From Candidatus Entotheonellaceae bacterium (GTDB lineage: Bacteria; Tectomicrobia; Entotheonellia; Entotheonellales; Entotheonellaceae), in contig OZ250173.1 of NCBI GenBank assembly GCA_965238075.1, forward strand, positions 1,472,001-1,536,000: a stretch of 64,000 nt of DNA, read 5' to 3'. The position numbers and the translations under genes were made by a program. A model generated the notes under the pieces. That model made no database searches. It saw nothing but the letters and a program-made list of their open reading frames with translations, and had not been told where the DNA came from. Each line of letters begins with the position of its first letter. Positions within the stretch are counted from its first letter, which is position 1. This document shows, piece after piece, positions 50,924 through 60,677 of this stretch.

Positions 50924-50989
50924 CCCCAACCCCCCTTGTCAGGGGGACGTTCCCTCCCCCCTGCGTGGGGGAGGGTTAGGGAGAAGGGG
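50924..50989. repeat. 23-bp repeat copy plus adjacent reversed CCCTC-type REP
   Basis: CCCCAACCCCCCTTGTCAGGGGG, then CCCTCCCCCCTGCGTGGGGGAGGGTTAGGGAGAAGGGG. Confidence 0.7.
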
Positions 50990-51048
50990 TGCTCCCGTGT
51001 GCTGCACCCTACGCCGGCCTCCCCCCTCTCCCTCCAGCCTCTTCGCTC

Positions 51049-53007
51049 CTATGAAGCGGCGGCCAGCGCCTGAAAGGCCGCCAACTGCTCGGGCCGACCA
51101 ATCACCGCGGCCAGATCCTCGCTGGCAAAACGAAAATCGATATCCGGATTGGCATGCAGTTCGCCCGCGCGCACGACGCCGACGATCGTGGCGCCCGTCT
51201 GGCTGCGAATGTCCATCTCGCGCAGCGTTCGTCCGATCAGCGGGCTGTCCGGCGGCAGGGCGACCCAGGTCAGGTCCAGCAGACGCGGGGTGCGGCGCAG
51301 TTGGGCGATGACGCGGGATTCGGTGGGCGGCTGGTACAGCGGGGCGTAGTGTTCCTTGTGAATGGCGTCCGTAAAGTTCTGGATTTCTATGGCCGGCAGG
51401 TTGAGGTGGACTAGCGCTTGGCGGGTGATCTCCAGCCCGGCTTCAAACTCCGGCTGCACGACCTCGTACACGCCGCGGTCGTACAGCGCGTCCATGTGCT
51501 CAAGCCCCTCGGCCCTGGCCACGATGTGCAGCGTCGGCTTCAACTGGCGAACCTGATCCACGATGCCCTGCGTCGTGACGATGGCGGGCGTGGTGATCAG
51601 AAGCAGCCGAGCCTCGGCGATGCCGGCGGCTTCCAGCACGATCCCCTGACTGGCGTCCCCGGAGATGATCGGCCAGCCGGCGGCCTTGGCCTGCTCCACG
51701 CGCCGGAAGTCGAGCTCGATGACCACGAATCCCACCTCAAAGCGCTGCAGCACCTGCGCCACGCACTGGCCAACCCGCCCGCCGCCCGCAATCACCACGT
51801 GGTCCCGCAATCCCCGCTCGGGCAGGTTGACGGACTGCAACGCCTCGAAACGGAACCACCGCCTGCGCAGCGCATACAGTGGCGCGGTGAAGCCCGACAG
51901 GACAGGCGTCAGGATGATCGTCGCAATGGCGGTGGTCAGTACCAGCGCATACAACTCGGCGTCGATGGCCCCCGCCCTCAGTCCCACTCGGGCCAGCACG
52001 AACGAAAACTCGCCGACCTGAAACAGGGTCAGCGCTACCGCCAAGGGAACGACGTTGCGGTACCCGAAGAAGCGGGGCAGGGCACCGAAAATCAATATCT
52101 TGCCCACCACGATGAGAAGAACCAGGAGCCCGACCTCCTGCAGATGGGCGAACAGGAATGCCGGGTCGAAGAGGATGCCGACGGAGGCGAAGAACAGCAG
52201 CCCGAAGAGGTCGCGCAGGGGGAGGATGTCGCTGAGTGCCTGGTGGCCGTAGTCCGACTCGCTCAGCACCATGCCCGCCACGAAGGCGCCCAGCGCGAAC
52301 GACAGCCCGACCAAGTGGGTGGCATAGCCGATGCCCAGACCGAAGGCGGTGATGGACAGCAGGAAGAGCTCGCGCGAATTCCAGCTGGCGATGTACGCCA
52401 TTAAACGGGGTAGCAGGCGGAGGCCGACGCCGATGGTCAGCCCCAGAAAGAGCGCGGCCTTCAGTGCCGCGAGACCGAGCAGGGCCAAGCCGGTCTGCGG
52501 GTCGTGCAACTGCGGCAGGATGATCATCAGCGGCACCACCGCGAGGTCCTGCACGATCAGCACGCCGACCATCACCCGGCTGGACAGCGTGCCCATCCGG
52601 CCCTGGCTCATCAGGGTTCTCAGCACCACCATGGTGCTGGACAACGAGATCAGGGCGCCAAACCAGAGCGCCGGGCGCCATTCCCAACCCAGCCAGGTTC
52701 CCAGCGCAAAGCCGTAGGCGATGGTGACGACAATCTGGATGGGCGTGCCGACCAAGGCAATGGCGCGCACCGGCCGCAAATCCCGGAAGGCAAACTCCAG
52801 CCCAAGGGCAAACAACAGAAGCGCGACGCCGATTTCGGCCAGCAACTCGATCTCGTGGATGTCGGAGACTACCGCTAAGCCGTATGGCCCGACGACCACA
52901 CCGGCGAGGATGTAGCCCAGCACCAGCGGCTGTCTGACGCGCTGTGCCGCCAGGCCGCCCAGCAAGGCCGCAACGACGATGATGACGATGTCCGCCGCGA
53001 TGCCCAA
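51049..53007 (-). CDS. CPA2 cation:proton antiporter with TrkA-N and TrkA-C domains (Kef/YbaL-like)
   Basis: GYILAG..VGP, LAEIGV.LLLF, SLSST, QD, FF..VG, QVGEFSF, G.GRVG, C-terminal RCK-C; TTG start. Confidence 0.93.
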   Translation of the reverse strand: MGIAADIVIIVVAALLGGLAAQRVRQPLVLGYILAGVVVGPYGLAVVSDIHEIELLAEIGVALLLFALGLEFAFRDLRPVRAIALVGTPIQIVVTIAYGFALGTWLGWEWRPALWFGALISLSSTMVVLRTLMSQGRMGTLSSRVMVGVLIVQDLAVVPLMIILPQLHDPQTGLALLGLAALKAALFLGLTIGVGLRLLPRLMAYIASWNSRELFLLSITAFGLGIGYATHLVGLSFALGAFVAGMVLSESDYGHQALSDILPLRDLFGLLFFASVGILFDPAFLFAHLQEVGLLVLLIVVGKILIFGALPRFFGYRNVVPLAVALTLFQVGEFSFVLARVGLRAGAIDAELYALVLTTAIATIILTPVLSGFTAPLYALRRRWFRFEALQSVNLPERGLRDHVVIAGGGRVGQCVAQVLQRFEVGFVVIELDFRRVEQAKAAGWPIISGDASQGIVLEAAGIAEARLLLITTPAIVTTQGIVDQVRQLKPTLHIVARAEGLEHMDALYDRGVYEVVQPEFEAGLEITRQALVHLNLPAIEIQNFTDAIHKEHYAPLYQPPTESRVIAQLRRTPRLLDLTWVALPPDSPLIGRTLREMDIRSQTGATIVGVVRAGELHANPDIDFRFASEDLAAVIGRPEQLAAFQALAAAS

Positions 53008-53121
53008 GCCGCGTCTCCTTTCGTGCCGCCGCCGGTCCTTGATATAATGGTTGGCCTCGATGTCTTACTTGGAGCATTTCCGTATCTGATTGCCCCAGGA
53101 AGATATCGGCCGGCTCATACG

Positions 53122-53160
53122 CCCTCTCCCCTGGAGGGAGAGGGTCGGGGTGAGGGGGGG
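53122..53160. repeat. CCCTC-type REP-like repeat (reverse orientation)
   Basis: CCCTCTCCCCTGGAGGGAGAGGGTCGGGGTGAGGGGG. Confidence 0.72.
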
Positions 53161-53288
53161 GAAGTCTCGGATGACAAACCGTCTCGGTCCCGAAGTACTC
53201 CAGTTCAAGTCCCGGGAAGGTCTGAACACGTCCACCGATTCCAGCCCTCTTCTGACAAGCCCCCATCACGCCGACGTGAGGAGATAGT

Positions 53289-54152
53289 TTGTTGACGGAC
53301 CCAACGGACCCAACGGACCCATTTGATAACGGCGCGCCTCCACCGACCGCCACAGACGTGAGCGCGGAAGCAGCCGAATCGGTGCGCTGGTTCGAGGGCG
53401 GCTTCGGGCTGCTGTACGACCGCCTTCTGTCCCGGAAAGTGCGTCGGGACCTGCTGCCCACGCACGTGGCCATTGTCATGGACGGCAACCGCCGTTTCGC
53501 CCTCAGCAGCGGCCTGCGCAACGAGCAGGGCCACCGCATGGGGAAGGAGAAGGTGCGTGAGGTGATGCGCTGGTGCCGCGACATCGGCGTCAAGTACCTG
53601 ACCGTCTACGCCCTCTCCATCGAGAACCTGACGAGCCGCTCTCCCGAGGAGTTGGCCACCTTGTTCGACCTCTACGAATCCGGCTTCCTGGAACTTTGCG
53701 ACGACCGCGAAATCCACCGTGACCGCGTGCGCTGCAAGGCCGTGGGGCAGATCCATCTGCTGCCGCCCCGCCTCGTCACCGCCATCGACGCCGCCGAAAA
53801 AGCCACCAAAGATTATGACGATCTCGTCTTCACCGTCTGCCTCGCCTACGGGGCGCGGCAGGAACTGGTGGACGCCATCAAGGGCATCCTCAGCGACCAC
53901 CGCGACGGCAAGATTGACCTGGACAGCATTTGCGAAGAGTTGGTGTCGCAATACCTGTACACCCACGACATGCCCGACCCGGACCTGGTCATCCGCACGT
54001 CCGGTGAGGAACGAGTCTCCAACTTCCTCCTGTGGCAGATGGCCTATGCCGAGTTGTTCTTCATCGACGTCCACTGGCCCGCCTTCCGAAAGCGCGATTT
54101 CCTGCGCGCCATCCGCACGTACCAGGGCCGCCAGCGCCGCTACGGCAGATAG
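53289..54152 (+). CDS. uppS: cis-prenyltransferase (undecaprenyl/polyprenyl diphosphate synthase); start uncertain
   Basis: HVAIVMDGNRRFA, YALSIEN, YGARQE, PDPDLVIRTSGEERVSNFLLWQ, RRYG. Confidence 0.93.
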   Translation: MLTDPTDPTDPFDNGAPPPTATDVSAEAAESVRWFEGGFGLLYDRLLSRKVRRDLLPTHVAIVMDGNRRFALSSGLRNEQGHRMGKEKVREVMRWCRDIGVKYLTVYALSIENLTSRSPEELATLFDLYESGFLELCDDREIHRDRVRCKAVGQIHLLPPRLVTAIDAAEKATKDYDDLVFTVCLAYGARQELVDAIKGILSDHRDGKIDLDSICEELVSQYLYTHDMPDPDLVIRTSGEERVSNFLLWQMAYAELFFIDVHWPAFRKRDFLRAIRTYQGRQRRYGR

Positions 54153-54158
54153 AACTGC

Positions 54159-55061
54159 TTATGCCGGTACGCTGCCAAGAAGCTCCAGCAACGCCTCGGC
54201 GACAGCGCCGGGTTGCTCCCGCGGCATGAAGTGGCCGGCCTTGGGCACGACGCGCCGGACGGTGCCCGGCGGAAACTGCGTCATCTCCCCCTCGGAGCGG
54301 TAAGGAGGCCCCACGGTGTCGTCGGCACCATGCAGGACGATGGACGGCACCGTAATCGGTGGGCGCGAGGCCAGCAGGCGTTCCACCTCGGTGAAGCGCG
54401 GGTCGCTCGGGGCATTGCGGTGTCGGTGGCGGTAGGAATGAATCACCAAGTCCACGAAGTCGGGATTGTCGAACGAAGGGGCGGTGCGAGCATAGGTGGC
54501 GTCGTCGAATTCCCAGGTCGGCGACCACTCCTGCCACAGCAGCCGGCAGATGTCGTAGCGATTCTGCTCCAGACCCAGCCGCCCGCGCTCGGTGTTGAAG
54601 TACCATTGATACCAGTACGCGCGCTCCTCCACCGCCGTTCCCGGGCGCGGCCGCGACAGGGTATCCTGCACGTTGTAACCGCCGATGGTCACCAGCCCCC
54701 GCACCCGCTCCGGCTGCAGAATGGCCGTGATGCACGCCGCCCGCCCGCCCCAGTCGTACCCGGCCAACCCCACATGGTCGAGGCCCAGGACGTCCAGGAA
54801 GTCGATCAGGTCCTGGGCCATCGCCGCCTGTTGGGCCATGCGCGGCGCTCCGTCATCCAGGAACCGCGTCGGCCCATAGCCTCGCAGATAGGGCACCAGC
54901 GCCCGATACCCCGCCGCCGCCAGCAGGGCCGCCACGTCGTCCCAGGCCCGCACGTCGTCGGGGAAGCCGTGCAGCAGCACGACGGGAAAGCCGCCAGCGT
55001 CGCCGTGCGCTTCGTAGCCGATTTCGAGAGTTGGTGTACGTACGCTTAAGCCTGCTGTCAT
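54159..55061 (-). CDS. Alpha/beta hydrolase (epoxide hydrolase/dehalogenase-like)
   Basis: LLHGFP, PYLRGYG, GYDWGG (Asp nucleophile), WYQWYF, AGHF. Confidence 0.92.
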   Translation of the reverse strand: MTAGLSVRTPTLEIGYEAHGDAGGFPVVLLHGFPDDVRAWDDVAALLAAAGYRALVPYLRGYGPTRFLDDGAPRMAQQAAMAQDLIDFLDVLGLDHVGLAGYDWGGRAACITAILQPERVRGLVTIGGYNVQDTLSRPRPGTAVEERAYWYQWYFNTERGRLGLEQNRYDICRLLWQEWSPTWEFDDATYARTAPSFDNPDFVDLVIHSYRHRHRNAPSDPRFTEVERLLASRPPITVPSIVLHGADDTVGPPYRSEGEMTQFPPGTVRRVVPKAGHFMPREQPGAVAEALLELLGSVPA

Positions 55062-55230
55062 GAAGGGCTCCTTTTCCGGCATGTTTGGACCTGGCACGCG
55101 TTCCTGGCATTGTACCGCACGATGGATGATCTCAAGGCATCTCACCAGGCCGTCGCCCGGTTGACACCCACGCCCGCCGCATTACAATAGGCCAATTCCC
55201 AACCCGCGTTGCAGCATAAGGAGACGATTG

Positions 55231-56424
55231 ATGATCACGAGATTTGGCAGCCTGTACGCCGGACACGTTGACCTGGATGACATTGGCTTTGAGGGAACGC
55301 CGGTTAACGACCGCTGGCTGTCCGATGAGCACCTCGCCACCGTATTCGACAAGTCCGAAGCCATCGCCACCACCATGGACCGGCTGGGCTACAGCACCTT
55401 CTGGGCGGCGGAACACCGCTTCCAACGCGAGGGCTACGAGTGCATCCCCAACCTGCTGATGCTCTTCGTCCACCTGGCCCACCTGACCCAGAACATCAAG
55501 TTCGGCTGCGGTTTCAACGTGACGCCCATGTGGCATCCGCTGCGCATGGCCGAGGACTTCGCGATGGCGGACCACATGACCGGCGGGCGGGTCATCTTCG
55601 GTGTGGGGCGCGGCTACCACTCGCGCGAAAACGAGGTGCTGGGCGCCCCCAGCACGGCTCTCGACAACGAGGGCAACCGCGAACTGTTCGAAGACCAGGT
55701 CGAGCTCATCCTCAAGGCTTTCCGCGAGCGATCGTTCTCGCATCACAGCAAGAATTACGACATCCCGCCCCAGATTCCGTACCGGGGCTACGAATTGGAG
55801 GAGATCACCCTGGTACCGCGGCCCCGCCACCTGCCGGTCGAGTGCTGGCAGCCCGTGGTCAGCGCCACGCAACGCGGCCTGGACTTCATGGCCAAGCACG
55901 GCATCAAGGGCATCATCGGCGGCGGTGCGGCAGCCGGCGGCGCTACCGACAAGGTGATGGAAGGCTGGCGGGACGCGCTGCAGCGCGTCGGGCGCGAGAC
56001 GGAATTGGGAACCGACCTGATCGTGGGCTTCACCTACCACATCGCCGAGACCGAGCAAAAGGCCATCGAGGAAGCCCGGCCGTATTTTGAGGAAAACATG
56101 AAGATGTTCGCGCCGCTCGGTTTCGTGCGCGGCCTCAGCGACGGCCAGATCGAGGCCATCGCCGACCCCAAGCGGGCGCGCTCGGCCAACCTGCCAACAC
56201 TGGAGCAGGCCATCGAGGCCGGTTCCTGGCTCTGCGGCCCGCCGGAAATGATTATTGAAAAGCTTCAGGACGTGCAGGATCGCCACCCCGGTCTGGAAGA
56301 AGTGAACGTCGGTTCGGTTATCGGCACGCCGCAGAGCGTCATTCTGGAACAGTTGGAAATCTTCGCCCGCGAAGTCATGCCGGCCTTCCAGAGTCAGGAC
56401 CGCGCTGCTGCTCCCGCGGATTAA
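55231..56424 (+). CDS. LLM-class flavin-dependent oxidoreductase
   Basis: W.AEH.F, HPLRMAED.A.AD..TGGR..FGVGRGY, FAREVMP. Confidence 0.92.
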   Translation: MITRFGSLYAGHVDLDDIGFEGTPVNDRWLSDEHLATVFDKSEAIATTMDRLGYSTFWAAEHRFQREGYECIPNLLMLFVHLAHLTQNIKFGCGFNVTPMWHPLRMAEDFAMADHMTGGRVIFGVGRGYHSRENEVLGAPSTALDNEGNRELFEDQVELILKAFRERSFSHHSKNYDIPPQIPYRGYELEEITLVPRPRHLPVECWQPVVSATQRGLDFMAKHGIKGIIGGGAAAGGATDKVMEGWRDALQRVGRETELGTDLIVGFTYHIAETEQKAIEEARPYFEENMKMFAPLGFVRGLSDGQIEAIADPKRARSANLPTLEQAIEAGSWLCGPPEMIIEKLQDVQDRHPGLEEVNVGSVIGTPQSVILEQLEIFAREVMPAFQSQDRAAAPAD

Positions 56425-56435
56425 GCCGTCTGTGC

Positions 56436-56466
56436 TGTAGGGGCGGGTTTGAACTCCGCCCCTACA
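56436..56466. repeat. GTAG-type REP hairpin between convergent genes (possible terminator)
   Basis: TGTAGGGGCGG-gtttgaact-CCGCCCCTACA, perfect 11-bp stem. Confidence 0.7.
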
Positions 56467-56487
56467 ATCACCCCTCACGTGCCTTCC

Positions 56488-58770
56488 TCACCTCCCGCCG
56501 TCGGCTACCTGAAATACCTCCGCATAAAGCCGCGCCGCGCGTTTCCGATGAACGGCAATGTCCGCCGCCAACCGCGTCGAGGCATCCTGCTCCTCCCAGT
56601 AGCCCAGGCGGCGCGCCAGGAACAGAAACTCGTCGGACTCGGGCGGCGGCAGCACCAAATCCCGCGCGTGGCCGCGAACAATGCGCTGGGCGTCGATCAG
56701 GCGGCGCAGAAAACGGTACGCCTCTCCCAGTTGCGCTGCGTCACTGTCGCCGAGCACGCCGGCGTCGCGCAAGGCCTCGATTGCGCGCAGGGTGCTCGGG
56801 ATACGCAGCTTCGGCAGGGCGGCGGCGTGGCAAAGTTGCAGGACCTGCACAGTGTACTCCACGTCCACCAGGCCGCCCCGGCTGTACTTGCTGTCAATCT
56901 GCCCAGGGGTCACCAACTCGGCGATCTGCCGCTCTCGCAGCGCCACCGCAGCCTTGAGATCGAACGGTACCTCACTGTAAACGTAGCCGTCCCGCCAAGC
57001 CTCGGCCCGTCGGCCCAGGTCGGCGTCGCCCGTCACCCAGCGCAGCTTGATGAGGGCTTGGCGCTCGAAGTCCGCGGCCTGCCCGTCGGCGCTGTAGTAG
57101 GCCTTGAAGACCTCCCAGCTCGTGGCCAGCGGACCCTGAGCGCCGTGTGGCCGTAGACGTAGATCAATCTCGAAAATGCCCGACTGGCGCGCCACGATCA
57201 GGTCCCGCAGATGCTGCACCAGGAGCGTGGCGTACTCGGTATTGGCCAGGCGCTGCGGCCCGCTGGTGGCACCGTTGCCGCCGTACACGCACAGCATTTC
57301 GATATCCGAGGCATAGCCCAACTCACGGCCGCCGAACTTCCCCAACGCGAACAGGGCGAACGGACAGGGTGCGCCGCCGTCCAGCAGCGGCAGGCCGTAG
57401 CGTTCGCCGAGGTCGGCCTGCGCCGCCTCGAGGGCGCCGTCCATGACGACTTCGGCAAGATCGGTCAACTCGTCGGCAAACACGCCGAAGGGCAGGTCGG
57501 GATGCAGCAGGTGACGCAGGTCGATGCGGAACATCTCGCGGTCTTTGAACGTGTTAAGAGCGGTCTTGCGCGCTGGCGGCGTGCCGGCCGCTTGCATCCC
57601 CTCCCGCAACCGGCACCGCAGTGTAATCGAATCCAAAGGCTTGTCAGTGGCGTGCATCTCCTTGAGAACCGGCAGCAGATTGGCGTGCTGCATGCGCAGG
57701 AAGTCCTCCCACAGGAAGTCGCTGCTGCCCAGCATGGTGGCCAGCGCCTGCATGGCGCCGTCATCACAAAGCCAGTCGAGGTCGGCGCGAAGCGAGGCAT
57801 TTGGGGCCAGACGGTCCAGAAATTGATCGAAGTGTTGCAGGGCCATCGCCGGGTCTGGAGCCACAGTCAGAAAATGCGTGAATTGCTTGATCAGCACGAC
57901 GATGAAACGCAGTTCCTGCTGCCCCTCGTCGGAGGTGATCTTGCCGCCATGGCGCCAGCCGAGGCACAACTCATCCTGCACCCTTCCCTGGACGCTGCGG
58001 ATGCTGACCCGGTGCACGTAAAAGCCGCGCATCGCGAGCGCGTTCGACAAGCTGTACAAAAAGCCCGGGGTATCCTCGGCGGTGACGTGTACGACGGTCC
58101 AGTCGGGCGACACCGTGTTGTCGATGCGCACCTCCACAGGAAACAGCCGCCCCGGAAATTTTTGACTGGAGGTGCGGATGGCATTGATGAGCCGGTAATT
58201 CAGCGTATCGCGCGCCTGCTGCTGCTTGCCCTGCCGCTGCAATTGGATGAGCGTCGTCAGGTGCGCCGCAAACGCCTCCTGGGCGCTGGCGTCGAACGGC
58301 TGGTCGGCGTCGAAGTCCACCGTGAACAAATCGACGATCAACCCGCCCCGTGTATGGCCGCCCCAGGGTGTCAGGCGTTCCGGCCCGCGCTTGTAGCTGA
58401 ACACCTGCCCCTCGCGGATATTGAGCCCGCAGGCGGCCATAGCGCCGGTGATGAGGGCGAACTCGCCCAGCAGGTCGTAGCCGACCAGCAGGATGTCGGC
58501 GCTGATGGGGCTGCGCGGCACCACCCGCACGTGCAGCGGATGTTGGTCGGCGATGGCTGCCACCAACTGCACGTGGGCAGCGATCTGCGCAGCGGTGAAC
58601 AGCACGAAATAGTCGTCGTCCAGTTGTTCAAAGAAGTCGTCCAGCACCTCGGGCACCACCTGCGGGCAGCGGCGCGCCACCTCGGCGCGCAGCGATTCCC
58701 GGCCGGCGGGCCGGCTCGGCGTCCCCCGACTTTCGATCCCTTTCGGTGGCTCAAGCTGCTGCGGATGCAT
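56488..58770 (-). CDS. glnE: GlnE-like nucleotidyltransferase half with N-terminal GlnD-type ACT domains
   Basis: VRIDN.VS.DWTVV.V.AEDTPG.LY (ACT); GKFGGRELGYASDIE, IDLRLRP.G..G.L, ERQALIK, KYSRGGLVDVE. Confidence 0.8.
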   Translation of the reverse strand: MHPQQLEPPKGIESRGTPSRPAGRESLRAEVARRCPQVVPEVLDDFFEQLDDDYFVLFTAAQIAAHVQLVAAIADQHPLHVRVVPRSPISADILLVGYDLLGEFALITGAMAACGLNIREGQVFSYKRGPERLTPWGGHTRGGLIVDLFTVDFDADQPFDASAQEAFAAHLTTLIQLQRQGKQQQARDTLNYRLINAIRTSSQKFPGRLFPVEVRIDNTVSPDWTVVHVTAEDTPGFLYSLSNALAMRGFYVHRVSIRSVQGRVQDELCLGWRHGGKITSDEGQQELRFIVVLIKQFTHFLTVAPDPAMALQHFDQFLDRLAPNASLRADLDWLCDDGAMQALATMLGSSDFLWEDFLRMQHANLLPVLKEMHATDKPLDSITLRCRLREGMQAAGTPPARKTALNTFKDREMFRIDLRHLLHPDLPFGVFADELTDLAEVVMDGALEAAQADLGERYGLPLLDGGAPCPFALFALGKFGGRELGYASDIEMLCVYGGNGATSGPQRLANTEYATLLVQHLRDLIVARQSGIFEIDLRLRPHGAQGPLATSWEVFKAYYSADGQAADFERQALIKLRWVTGDADLGRRAEAWRDGYVYSEVPFDLKAAVALRERQIAELVTPGQIDSKYSRGGLVDVEYTVQVLQLCHAAALPKLRIPSTLRAIEALRDAGVLGDSDAAQLGEAYRFLRRLIDAQRIVRGHARDLVLPPPESDEFLFLARRLGYWEEQDASTRLAADIAVHRKRAARLYAEVFQVADGGR

Positions 58771-58777
58771 CGCCTCC

Positions 58778-60274
58778 TCACTCCATTCGAAACGCCGCCG
58801 CGAACAGGGCGTGAATCGCCTCTGTGCGCGCCAGATAGTCCTGGTAGAACGCCTCCCAGTCGCTGTGCCCGAAATGACGCGCCAGGCGCTGCCGCGATTC
58901 CTCGTTGCGCGGCAGGGTATGCGTCTGCGAGCCCTGCTCCATTTGCAACAGGTGCTCCAGGCGGCGCAGGTAGCAATAGGTGTCGCGTAATAGCGCCTCG
59001 GACTCCACGCCCAGCAGCCCGGCGTCGCGCAGCTTGCCGAGGGCGCGCAGCGAGTTGCGCTCCTGCAGTTGGGGCCGACGGCCGCCGAACAGAAGCTGCG
59101 GCAACTGGATGAGAAACTCGACTTCCCGAATGCCGCCGCGGCCAAGCTTGACGTGCGTGCGCGATTCGTTCTTGTCTGCCATCTGGCTGTCGATTTGCCG
59201 CTTCATGGAGCGCAACTGCTCGACCCCCTGCGCGTCCAGGTGACGCTGGTAGACAAACGGCTGGATCAGGTCCATGAATTCCCGCCCCAGGTCTGCGTCC
59301 CCCGCCACCGGACGTGCCTTGATGAGCGCCATCTTCTCCCACGCTTGCCCGAACCGCGCGTAATAAGCTTCGTAGGCCAGCAGCGCCAGCGCCAACTGCC
59401 CCTGGGTGCCGCCCGGGCGCAGCCGCAAATCCACCCGGAAAATCTGCCCGGCGGCGCCCTGACCGCCGATCAGCGTCGTCAGGCGGCGCGCCAGCGCCAC
59501 GAAGTACTCGTGGTTGGAAATCCGGCCGACCCGCTCGCCGTTCCGCACGATGCCGCGGGTCTGCCCCTGGTAAGAGGTGTAGACGTATATCAGATCGAGG
59601 TCGGAGGAGAAATTCAGCTCGCCGCCGCCGAGTTTTCCCATGCCGATGACGCAGAAGCGGCAAGGCTGTTCGATACCGCTGTCGTCGGTGTAGACCGGCT
59701 CGCCGTGCAGCGCCGTCAGCCAATCCTGACAGGCCCGCACGCCCACCTGCAGCACGCAGTCGGCCAGCGTCGCCAGGCCGGTGGTCGTCTCATCGACGTC
59801 GGCCAGACGATTCAGATCCCGCGCCCCAAGACGCAGCAGGTGCCGCTGCGTGAAGCGCCTCAGAACGGCAGCCACCTGTGCTTCGTCTTCCTGGCCTTCC
59901 AGCATGGCGGTGAGTTGTGCTCCAAGGTCGCCCGGCGGCACCGGCGGCGCGTACAGGGCCTCGTCGCGCAGCCAGAAAGCCAGTTGTGGGTCACGCCACA
60001 GGATGCTGCTAAGGAAGTGCGAGCTGGCGAAGATGCCCACCAAGCCGCGCAGAAATTCCGATTGCTCGCGGCAGGCCTCCCAGAACACCGACGCATCACC
60101 GAGGCACTCCAGATAACGCAACAAGTGTGACCGGGCACGATACGGATCGACCGATTCAAGAAGTGCGGACACGACGGCGGAAATGAGGTCGGGGGGACAG
60201 GAAAGCGGGTTCCCCTCGCGCAAGGGGCGACTCAGTTCGGCAGCTTGGTGGGAGGCGGGAATGCCAGAGGCCAT
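58778..60274 (-). CDS. glnE: GlnE-like nucleotidyltransferase half (single domain)
   Basis: MGKLGGGELNFSSDLDLIY, RVDLRLRP.G, WEKMALIKARPVAGD, VKLGRGGIREVEF. Confidence 0.85.
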   Translation of the reverse strand: MASGIPASHQAAELSRPLREGNPLSCPPDLISAVVSALLESVDPYRARSHLLRYLECLGDASVFWEACREQSEFLRGLVGIFASSHFLSSILWRDPQLAFWLRDEALYAPPVPPGDLGAQLTAMLEGQEDEAQVAAVLRRFTQRHLLRLGARDLNRLADVDETTTGLATLADCVLQVGVRACQDWLTALHGEPVYTDDSGIEQPCRFCVIGMGKLGGGELNFSSDLDLIYVYTSYQGQTRGIVRNGERVGRISNHEYFVALARRLTTLIGGQGAAGQIFRVDLRLRPGGTQGQLALALLAYEAYYARFGQAWEKMALIKARPVAGDADLGREFMDLIQPFVYQRHLDAQGVEQLRSMKRQIDSQMADKNESRTHVKLGRGGIREVEFLIQLPQLLFGGRRPQLQERNSLRALGKLRDAGLLGVESEALLRDTYCYLRRLEHLLQMEQGSQTHTLPRNEESRQRLARHFGHSDWEAFYQDYLARTEAIHALFAAAFRME

Positions 60275-60295
60275 GGCTTGGTTTTCCCCAACAAC

Positions 60296-60514
60296 TCAGC
60301 GGGTGCGAAAACGCCGCATGCGGCCCAGCCAGCGTACGTATCGCCATAGGGCGCGACGGTGCTGCGGTTGGCGTAGCAGGTCCAGGGCAGCGCGCCAGGA
60401 AACCTCGGCAGCCGGAATGCCGGCATACGTTTCCACGCGCCAAGCGTAGTATGCCCGGCGCCATTTCCAGGGTTTCAGGAAGGGCCTGGGTCGGAAGCAC
60501 CAGAGATGCCACAT
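60296..60514 (-). CDS. Small Trp/Arg-rich hypothetical protein
   Basis: 72-aa ORF ending 21 nt upstream of the first glnE half, same strand; WRVETYAG. Confidence 0.5.
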   Translation of the reverse strand: MWHLWCFRPRPFLKPWKWRRAYYAWRVETYAGIPAAEVSWRAALDLLRQPQHRRALWRYVRWLGRMRRFRTR

Positions 60515-60643
60515 GTCGATGACCTCAAGGTGGCTGAGGGTTACTAACGACGCGCGATAGCAAAACCATCCCAGGGTGACAAAGGCAGGCTGACCGCGTA
60601 TGCTCTGCCGTCGACCGGCAGTCCGTTACGGCGGCAAATCCAT

Positions 60644-60677
60644 CATGAAACAAATTCAACCATGAAACAAATTCAAC
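60644..60677 (+). repeat. Perfect 17-bp tandem duplication spanning a start codon
   Basis: CATGAAACAAATTCAAC x2. Confidence 0.9.
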
